From Oopsacas minuta (Eukaryota > Animalia > Porifera), in NCBI GenBank assembly GCA_024704765.1, contig JAKMXF010000001.1:1-64000 (forward strand): 64,000 bases of DNA, given 5' to 3'. The notes beneath the pieces were generated by a model that made no database searches, was not told the DNA's origin, and worked only from the letters and a program-made list of their open reading frames with translations. This document shows positions 54,508-64,000 of this stretch, piece by piece; positions within the stretch are counted from its first letter, which is position 1, and every line of letters starts with the position of its first letter. The translations under genes and the position numbers were made by a program.

Positions 54508-55944
54508 CTAATTAGCTAACTTTACGCAACACCATAACTCAGAGTTATCTAGGGGAATATGTATTGTACCATCTCCTCTGTATTGTACAGCCTTGAGGGT
54601 GAGATCTTTTGAATGATTAAACTTGAAAGGATAATTTTGAAAATTAATCACATGTTTGTAGTACCATTTATCCAGGATATGGTGTAGTGATACAGGAATA
54701 TCATTCTTCAATTCACTCATGTGATCATTAGTAAGGATGTACCCCCGCTGTTTCATGCTCAGAGCTCCGTAAACTGCGAATAGATCGTCTCTTGAATCAT
54801 AACTAGTTGTGAATAAGCTATTTTGTTTTTCAAGTAATTTCCAGTTTGTAATATTAGAAGGAGTTCTCAGGACCACGCGACGGACAACAATAAAAGCATT
54901 CGAGATGGAAAAGACGTTTTTAACTTCTGCAATTCTATCCTTTAAGACTTCTATTCTAAAGCCTTTTTGGTTAATATAAGATACATTCATACCATCAACG
55001 AACAAAACTTTATTTTTAGTGTTGGCTACTGAATTAGAAAAAGTATAGAAAATATCCTGAAATGCTGAGAGCTCTGCCTTCATCTGTTCTGTACGTTGAT
55101 AGTTTATATATTGATTAGTGAATATGCGATTTACTTCTGAAAATAATATTTTGTACTCTTCATCTGTTACTTCTAGATCACGAAGCTTTGTTTCACAGTT
55201 AGAACAAAATCCTCTTTCTAAACGTACGTCACTATTAATGGATGGATTCAGTTTAGAAAATGTGGCAATCAGCTGATTGAATACTTCACTGGCAATTACA
55301 GCTAGTTTATGGTTGTGATAATGTAATAAAACTTTTTTGAATGTTCCTAATAACACAGAATTATTTGGATCCTTCTCAACAGCTATACTGAGAGCATTCA
55401 ATAAGTAATCTATCTGTTTACAGTTCAAACTAAGGAAGCTACTTACTAGGTTATCTACTGCTTGATAGTCTTTTGTTTGTGACAGTAAATAATCCATTGC
55501 TGAGGTAAATGCAAACTTTCTCAAAGGAAGTTGTTTAGAGAATATTCTATCTAACATCTCTAGCAAGAGGTCTGTCTGTTGATTAGTTATCGCATTAGAT
55601 ATCAGTGAGGATAGTAGAGCAGGTTCTGGTTGTATCGATAGCTCCTCGAGATAACTACACAGTTCATTGAAAGAGATTGGATTGCCTGTTTCAACAGATA
55701 AGTCTACACCAATCTTCAAGACTTGAGGTGAAAATTTACTCTTTTGTTCTTTCAAATTGGTGAAAAGTTGAAACGCATTATTGTAGTCTTTTGATTTAGC
55801 CAATCTATACAATTCTTTTTCTTCTGTAGAAGAGAATGTTTTCAATTTTGGAATTCTTAAACGATATTCAGTGTCATGAAATGAATTATTTGAGAACGAT
55901 CTCACATTTATGCCTGGAATAATTCTCCGATAGAAACAAAACAT
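54508..55944 (-). CDS. PRORP: Protein-only RNase P catalytic subunit (MRPP3)
   Basis: Transit-peptide-like N-terminus, PPR-like helices, CSNC zinc site, NYN motifs VDGMN, SRDDLF and LTNDHM, C-terminal WCC. Confidence 0.9.
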   Translation of the reverse strand: MFCFYRRIIPGINVRSFSNNSFHDTEYRLRIPKLKTFSSTEEKELYRLAKSKDYNNAFQLFTNLKEQKSKFSPQVLKIGVDLSVETGNPISFNELCSYLEELSIQPEPALLSSLISNAITNQQTDLLLEMLDRIFSKQLPLRKFAFTSAMDYLLSQTKDYQAVDNLVSSFLSLNCKQIDYLLNALSIAVEKDPNNSVLLGTFKKVLLHYHNHKLAVIASEVFNQLIATFSKLNPSINSDVRLERGFCSNCETKLRDLEVTDEEYKILFSEVNRIFTNQYINYQRTEQMKAELSAFQDIFYTFSNSVANTKNKVLFVDGMNVSYINQKGFRIEVLKDRIAEVKNVFSISNAFIVVRRVVLRTPSNITNWKLLEKQNSLFTTSYDSRDDLFAVYGALSMKQRGYILTNDHMSELKNDIPVSLHHILDKWYYKHVINFQNYPFKFNHSKDLTLKAVQYRGDGTIHIPLDNSELWCCVKLAN

Positions 55945-56231
55945 TCAAGCAATCGAGAGATTATATAGCTATTCACAAGAGTAAAATAATGATAATGCTT
56001 ATATGTATATACGTGTATTAACATTTTGCATGAAAATTCAAAATCATGCAGCATATATTGCAAGAAAATACTCAAATAGAATATGTCATTATTTTGATGC
56101 AAACTCTCAGCATATATGGCGTAACAAGCAAAGTATCTAGAGTCAGAACTAAGTAATCCGAGAAAAACCGAAAATTGTGACTATCTTCAGTCACTATTAT
56201 TGGAAATTTTGCTAACGCCCCATAGCAATAT

Positions 56232-56370
56232 AGCCCACCATAGTACTTTGCATACAATATGCAAATTCGTTGCATCGTGTATGGTAAGAGTTGCATACAA
56301 CAACGTTACAGGAAACTTGTTGCATGTAATTATATTTTTCATGAAACATTATTGCATTGTGTATGTTGCC
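56232..56370. mobile_element. Degenerate MITE related to a hairpin in the DUF1295 duplication
   Basis: TTGCA..GTGTATGGTAAGAGTTG shared with ~31735-31763; ends resemble GCCACCATACAC. Confidence 0.35.
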
Positions 56371-56679
56371 TTGTAGCATAAACAGTTGAACACAATTACA
56401 TATAACGGTAGCATTGTTGTGGGCTTTAGATGCTTCTTTTTATCGACTCTTAATAACAAAAAATTGATTTGATATAAAACTCTGTTGATCAAAACCCTCG
56501 CCCTCCTACCTCCAATGAGAATACGAAATTAATTAATAATATTTATTGAAAATATCAATCAAACAGTGAATCGTGTCCAACTTGAAGAGGGAATATACTT
56601 GTAATTAGAAATTAAATAAGAAAAGTTATAAAAGTTACCTAAAAACACAAAAAATGTATTAACAATATACAATAGAATA

Positions 56680-59600
56680 TCAGTGTAGTGGAGATCCACT
56701 AATAGCTGAGAAGATTAGATGAGAATGGAAGGAGGATCGGTCTCCCATGAATGAGTGATCGTGTTTGCCGGTATAGAACTCATTACCGTCCTTTCGTCTG
56801 CTTCCAACAGCTGAGAAGTGTAGTATCGGCTCCAGGGTATCCACCAGCTCCTGGTAGTTACCAGAGAGCTGCTCTTGATAATCTAGTCGTGTCTCTCCCA
56901 GAGTAAGACTGACTAATTCAAGAGCATGGAAAGAAGATTGAATGAAATATTTGAACGCATTTTTAAGGGATTCTACATGATTGACTGCTTGCTTCCTAAC
57001 CTTATCAGCTGACAAGAATACTCTATAATACTCAAGAGGCCCTTCATTAACTGTAGTACCTACACATCCTTGTAGAGTTAATTCTAACAGGTTTAAATCT
57101 GGAGGATCACATCTGATCATTTTATCTAAATCAGATGTTTTATTCTTCAGTGCTGATATAGCTACTTCAATAGGAGTCTGTTCTATCGTCTCAGAGTCTA
57201 TTACTTCTATTCTACGTTTAATATAAGGGAATACGTTACGAGTACGTAGTATAGTGATTAACATGTATTGAGAGTCTGCAGAGCCGTGAGGACGACCTGA
57301 TTTAGTGAAGGGAGTTTGAAAGAAAAAGTGAGAAAGATTATTTTCTCTTTCGAATTTAGTTAGTCTCTCTTCTTTATTTTCTCTTAGGAAATAAGGCTCT
57401 ACATGTGTTATCTGTATGTAGTTCTTGTTAGGAACTACAGATTTAGGTCCCATAGAGTTGGAGTCTTTGAATATGATTAGATCTCCTAGCTTAGTAGTGA
57501 ACTTATCTGTCATTTTATCTACGAATTCTGCTAGTGCTGTAATCCCTGGTTCTCTGTATATAAACTGTTTTTCATGATTACCTTCGAATCCTTTTCCATA
57601 GAACTTACATCTAAAGTATGTACCGAGGAAACGTTTACCGGTTTTCATCACCTGTTTTGTCTTCACCGTAGATTCGTGCATTTTGCGAAATAACCTCTCC
57701 ATCCCTTCGAAATCGCGGTTTTTCTCTAACAAAGGTAGAATAAGCTTGAATACAGGTAGCATTAGTTCAAACAGTTCTGACTCGTATAAAAACCGCAGAC
57801 ATTTCTCCAGCATCATGATGAGATCTTTTTCTGAGTAAGATTGATTCCCGCGTAATTCCTGATCAATCTTCATACGGCCTTCATCTTTAGGGATATTATG
57901 TGAAATGTTCTCAAAGTCACTGCTATGCAATTTGCCAATCGCGAAATTGTATAAATACTGTGCTACAATAGCCGCGATATGAAGATAGCACTGAGCTGCC
58001 TCTGCTTGGAACCCCTCCTTAAGATGCATACTAGCTAGATTATCTAACCAGGTTATCCTCAGTTCAGGGGTGTTAGAATATGAGGCTGCTAACCTCCAGT
58101 GTACTTCCACCAGCTCATCATAATCATGCTGTACATTCCTCATCTCATTCTGACTACTCAGTATATCATTCAGTCTCCTCATAAGGTCCTGAACTTCATC
58201 CTGGAATTGGATGTACTTCTTAACAGATGTTTCTGAGCTGGAGAAGGTTGTTATGGATTTGAGTGACCTCTTCAGGAATGTGTCTGATTGTCCTATTAGC
58301 CCTGCAGCAGATAGCTTAGATATTGAGATGGTGGAGTACAGCTGAGTACGTACAAAGTTTTCACCGGAATACTCCAAATTACTTCTGAGAAGGAAGTACA
58401 ACAGAGTACAAGCTTCATTCCTGACTAAAGCTAGTCTAGAGTTACAGTGAGCTAAGCATTTGAATATGATAAACTCACAGAACTCATTCTGACCTTTGAA
58501 TAAGAGAGATGGGAAGTTGTACACAAATGAGAACAGGTACGCATACCAATGTACCCATATTGCATCTGAGTGCTGTAAACTGAAGAAGGTTACGATAACT
58601 TTAAAATAACTCTTCATCATAGGAGAATTACTCTCTAGGTAGTTATGATAACGAGAGGAGAATACGTCTAACACTCCTATCAATATGAGTGACACTTCGT
58701 GGGACACTTCTGAGCGGGCTTTGGCAAGTTTCTGCACCCTCATGGCATGACTATCCTCAGAAGTAGTACTCCCATCCTCTGAGACTGTAGTGATGACTGT
58801 GTTGGTCTTTCCTTTATCACGTCCTCCCCGAGTAACTAGAGGTAAGGTTTCGTTATAAATCGCCTTCTTCCCGAAGTAAGAGAATGTGTATAGACACTCA
58901 ATGAGAAGATCAAAGAATGATAGAAGGGCACAGAAATCAGATGGTAGCTGTTCATCATCATCCCAGGTCTGTGCTGGGAGAGAATTAAGAGTAGAGAAGT
59001 ATTCGTCCCACCACTTAGCTAGCTGTACAGAATCTGAATTTTTGAGAAGGTTCAGGAAACACGCTAGTAACAGCTGTTTCTCCTCCAGACTGAAATCCGC
59101 CTGTCCTAATCCTAACTCCATATCAGTAGAATTATTCTGTCTACCTAGCTCAGAGCTATCCTCATCATGTAGTGTCATGTAGCTACTGCTTTGATTGATA
59201 CTGCTGATCTTCTTTCTCATCTGTATACTACTCTCAGACTCCCTCTTCCCATCTATCACTGACTGAGAGCTAGAGGACATAGGTCTCTCGTTAATCTCAG
59301 TCAGACGCATATCACTACGAGAGCTCTGAGTACCGTAGGTATTCCTGCTTGAATCAGAGCGTAGTGTAGTCGGAGGGCCCCGAGGAGAGCTGAAGGATAG
59401 CTTCTTGCCTTTAAGGTTACGACTAGCAGGAATCATACCAGAGGATTCTGTACTGATTGACTTGTTAAACTCAATCTGTGGGGATTGATATCCATGTGTA
59501 TCGTAACCGGATATAACACGGGGAGCAAACTGTAACATCATGGACAGGAAGGGGAGATAGAGAGAGGTGACCCTTGACCTCTTGAAGTGGTCATTACAGT

Positions 59601-62600
59601 ATCGAGGATCTGTATCATGTTTAGCTAACAGATCTTTAAGCATGTGTATAGCTACTATCCTAATATCATTCTTCTCGTACTTTAGAGTTATGTAGAATTC
59701 TCTTAGCAAAATACCCACCAAATAATGGTTCTGACAGAACTCATCACCTAGCTTGAGACTATCTCCAGTTGTATCATCACCTATAGGTAGATTTAGCTGT
59801 ATATAGTGCTCGTGACTAAACACTATCTGAAGGAAATTAAACTTCAGTTTAGTGAGGTGTACTGCTTCTCCTGGTGAGGAAGGTTGCGATACATATTTAT
59901 AAACCAACGTGAATACATCTCCTCTGTCCATGTAGGAGAATGCATCACGTACAAACACTGCTATACTCTGGTTAGCTATGTACGCTATTGATTTGTCTAT
60001 CTTACTGCGAATAAGAGCGATTAGAGAAGAAAGTAAGCTGTTGAGATGAGTGTAGAAACCTTGACCAAATCTACCCTTCCTATTACTTCTGAGAGATTTC
60101 TTATTGAATATATGATAGCCAATAGACTGAGACACACAACCCAGGAGGAACCATAAGTACTTTAACAGATTAGTACAATCAATTCCCTCCTGTTGTGTAA
60201 AGTACAGCATATAACGTATTAACTCTGTGTATATTTCCTTAGGATACTCCTGATAAGCTTCTGATCTGAATTGATATTTAACGTATGTAGCCAGATGGTG
60301 TAGAGAGCCGTGTTTGTCCAGTGTATGTGCGTAATCAACAAGTAGTGCTAATATCTTAATTCCTGTATCATTATTATTCAGTGTCTGTAGTGTAAATAGT
60401 TTTAACAGCTGATTGAGTATGACAGGAAGATGAGAGATAAGACTATCTAATGTTATAAAATGTAAATCTTGTAGTCTCTGTTGTATTTCTAACTCATCAA
60501 CTCCTCCATTCAATCTCTGTATCTTCTCTAGGAATACAAAGAAACTATGTACACATAGATCTTGTGGGGATATGGAGCTGATAGGTCGTATTAATACCCG
60601 GAAGAGATGTTTCCGGTTATCAATCCATTTAATGTCTCCACTCCTCCCGTCAAGTCCGTGACTGAGATAGTTAGGAGGTAGACTGGAGGAGATAGCGAGG
60701 GAGAATATGTCTCTATTCAGCAGAGTATCGTTATGAGGTTTAAGTACAGGTAGCCATGAGTATCCTATCACTACTTCAGGAGATGTCTTCTTAGGAAGTT
60801 TCTGTATATTACAGCTGATATGTGAATAAGTAAATAAGAGGTGATGCTTAGAGTCTAGATGTATAGGTAAGTATATCTTAACCTCTTCTGCGAAATCCGG
60901 GTTAGTGTAGTGATATATGACAGATGTCAGTGCTTTGTCTACGAAGATATTGCCAGGAGGTTTCCCGAATATATTGGGGAGGGGTCTAGCGTTCTTCTCG
61001 TCCGAGTCAAAGAATTGTATTTTTACACACAAGTTCTTGAACTTATTACCGAGCTTAACTCCCTCTAGCTTGAGACTCTGTGGATATACGTATAGGATAT
61101 GGAAGAACTCTTGAAAGGGCTGTAACTTGGTTGGGGAGGGTAGGATGTCTGAGTGTGTGGGGAACTCTTGGACCTCTCGGATAAATGGTGCTTGGTTATA
61201 TGTCGGCATCATGGGGATTAGGGGAACAAGACCTGTTGTAAATATACCAGGCTCTTCTGGAGTGAGGGGGGAGAGAGTAATTGAGAGAGAACCAGGAATC
61301 ACTTGGATTCTCAGACGCGGGATGTTCCTGAAGTCCTTGAGAAGTTTAATAATCTCCTCCTCACTAATTCTCTCTTTCTCCTGCTTGAAGATGAGAGGGA
61401 AATGTCCGTCAGTGTCCAAATCTCCATTCTGTAGAAATACTGGCTTAGCTGACCAAGCGAAAGGCTGTTTATAGTTACCAAGCCTTGGAAATACAGTTTT
61501 CATCTGGTCTGCAAGCTTCAGAATATTCTTTCTACCTTCTCCTCGTTGATAAGGCTCGACACATGAGTTAATTGATCCTTGTAGAACCTTATCTATCCTC
61601 ACAACAAGGTAGATGTCAGGGTGTGGGTAGGAGACTGTGAAGAGGGCACGACGAGCTTCCACTGGCCAGACTTCAAACCCCGGTTTCACAGGTATTGAGG
61701 TAGATACTCCTAATAAATTGCATATTTAATAAGATTGCATTGAAAGTAAGTAACAGAGAGTACAGTGGAGTTCGTCTATTAGCAAATCATATTTTGCATG
61801 AAATTTCCTTGCTAATATACGCACTATTTACCATACAAAATGCTATGAAAAAAGTTTCTAACAAATATACCACTCTAGTGTATTTCCTATACTAAATTCC
61901 TCCTTGAGTCAAAATAAATAAATACATAATTGAATCATTCGCTGTGGGAATAGCAGACCAACAGAGAGAATAGGAAACTGGAAACCCGTAACATATAATC
62001 ATATAAATCCTCCATAAAAGAGGTTGTCGGTTGATGTTATGTAGTAAGTGATCTTTATCATAAATATAATTATAGACCACCAGCTACAATTCGAGGAAAT
62101 ACAGTATACCTTGTATATCCATATCAAACTGCTCCAGCTCTAAAGTAGAGAGAAACAGATCGAACAGTTCCCTCTCTTCTCCGTTCAGATCAAAATGAAA
62201 CTCTTCAGATATCTTCTTACCAAATCTAGCATCATATAGAGCAGCTGATGTGAAGAAGGGCTCTATGTGAGTACGAGAAGTAGCAGAGCTAATGCGTAGA
62301 TCAAAGTTAAGCTTCTCTGGAGTAGCTATGAATTGAAATCCTGGAGTCAAGACTAATAAAAGAAACGTAGAATTAAGTAATAGTCGGAATATGTTATATT
62401 CCAATCCATTATTGTAAATAGTGGTTACATCATATATTAATAAATTGTTCATGTCCTCTAACTATTATAATATATATACTATGTATATGAGATATCTACC
62501 ATTCGAACAGCACTCTTGCATCTACTGTATTTTGTTTGTTTTTAGCAAATAGTAGACTAATCGGTAGATATGCAATTTCCGTTAAGGAATATATTTTCCT

Positions 62601-63948
62601 GAATAAGGCGCTGTGGTATACATACAACGTTAACATCAGTTGGCAGTCGGTATCTCTAACAGATTTGATATCCCCTGATGGTTCAATATAGCTGATATGC
62701 AAAAAGAAAGAAATTAATATCATCAGTTAAACACACACGTTACATACCTGGAGGAGAAGCACTCTGTACATACATCATATCATTATCATATTTGTTAACC
62801 TTCCTTCTAGCCAGGTTCTCATACAACCAGAATATCTTCTTCCTATTTATACGTCTCTGCTTAGCATTATCAGCTGATGCATCTCCTACACGCTGTAATC
62901 TCCCTGATAGGATGGTGGTTCTCTGTTGGGAATGAGCTCCTGTCATTGCTCCTCTCTTAAGAGTATCAGCTGTGTAGATAGAGAATCGAGAGCTACCTCT
63001 ACTGTCCATATATATGTCAGAGGATAGTACTGATGCTATAGCATTAATCCACTCAATCATCTCTTCGTTAGAATCAGCCATAAAACAATGAGATACCTTA
63101 AAATCAAATACGAACATAAAGCACTATGTATTATTATTAATTGAATTCAATACAAACCTTATTCCCACTGTTAATGAGTTCAAATGAGTATTCAGGACCT
63201 CTGATAGACTTCCTAACAGATATACAGGTGACTAGTGATACCACACTCTTACCACCTACCCCGGGGCCTCGTCCCGGCTTAGAACTCTCAATAAGGAAAC
63301 CAGTTCCATCCGAATTCATTTTGAGGGTGTGCCATCTCTTCTTGGAGGTTTGGATGGTCCTATTAGCTCCTATAAGTTTCCCTGTGCTGGCTATGTTTAG
63401 CTGGAGTAGATAACCAGAGCGTGTGAGAGCACTGTCTCGATTGGGAGTCAATTCTGAATCTTTCTGAAATACAACCAAAATATAACATAGTAATTAGATA
63501 GCATGTAAATACCAGACATTTCGTCTCCAGAAATTTATTCTAAGAATCTTAAGGGTAAACAGTTCCCTAGCAACAGAAAAGCATCCCTGACAAACTCAGG
63601 AATGTTGTATATAGGATATCTATTCCCCGTATAAACGTCCAGTGTATATACTAACCTGTTGCTGCTGTTGCTCCTCTGCTTCTACAATATCTACCTCATA
63701 TACAGGAGGTAGGTCAGGTAGAGAGGATGATCTCCTGCTCCCTCCCTTAGTAATCAGAGTATCAGTATCTGTTACAGGAGCAGGACCACTCCCCTCTGCT
63801 TCCTGAGCCTGTCCTGCCTCTAGAGCCATGAACTGGGGAGAAGTTCCGCAGAAATATTCTTCTGTTCTTCTCAATACATTCCAGTTCTGTGAGAATAGCT
63901 GTAGACACTCTTTAGCGAATAGTCCTGTTGCTTCAAACATCGCATGTT
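56680..63948 (-). CDS. DOCK9: DOCK-D (zizimin, DOCK9/10/11) Cdc42 GEF; 5' end lies beyond the window
   Basis: Phase-consistent exons 63656-63948, 63158-63463 (PH), 62748-63096, 62110-62340 and 56680-61709. DHR1/C2 (NPDFAEEVKIYLP..HHLLFT) and DHR2 (LQGCVGTTVNEGP) present. Confidence 0.88.
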
Positions 63949-64000
63949 CTATGAGAAATATACTTTATAAGACAAAATTTACACAAACTCACGTATTTTA

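Noticed and set aside
62775-62812. Possible 36-nt in-frame mini-intron in DOCK exon 62748-63096
   Set aside because: Frame-neutral with a weak donor (GTTAAC); cannot be decided without RNA data.
1-64000. CRISPR arrays, rRNA/tRNA genes, autonomous transposases, prokaryotic operons; many short antisense ORFs overlapping long genes
   Set aside because: None seen. Spliceosomal introns and metazoan genes show this is eukaryotic DNA, and the antisense ORFs are shadows of real coding sequence.

Overview
AT-rich, gene-dense eukaryotic DNA with clearly metazoan genes that are mostly intronless. The gene set, intron scarcity and many decaying NHL-repeat genes suggest a glass sponge such as Oopsacas (inference only). 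Housekeeping genes: NOC4L, PKA type I regulatory subunit, DAXX, GTF2H3, SUMF1, a 51-aa ATP5MK/USMG5 missed by the ORF track, HEATR5, XPOT, FBXO31, SNF8, PRORP and the 3' part of a DOCK9/10/11 gene. Accessory content: an LRR-EGF receptor, a six-exon Ig receptor, two atypical small GTPases, three choline/ethanolamine kinases, an inverted DUF1295 duplication, NHL pseudogenes and several MITEs. Top leads: (1) an apparently catalytically dead adenosine-deaminase barrel fused to an intact LOG nucleotide phosphoribohydrolase, split by a 1-nt frameshift and nested antisense in an Ig-receptor intron; (2) two head-to-head choline kinases that share a perfectly identical 623-bp arm but have very different C-terminal halves; (3) 2-kb inverted repeats bracketing a 12-kb block. 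All alignments were done by eye; no database searches were run.
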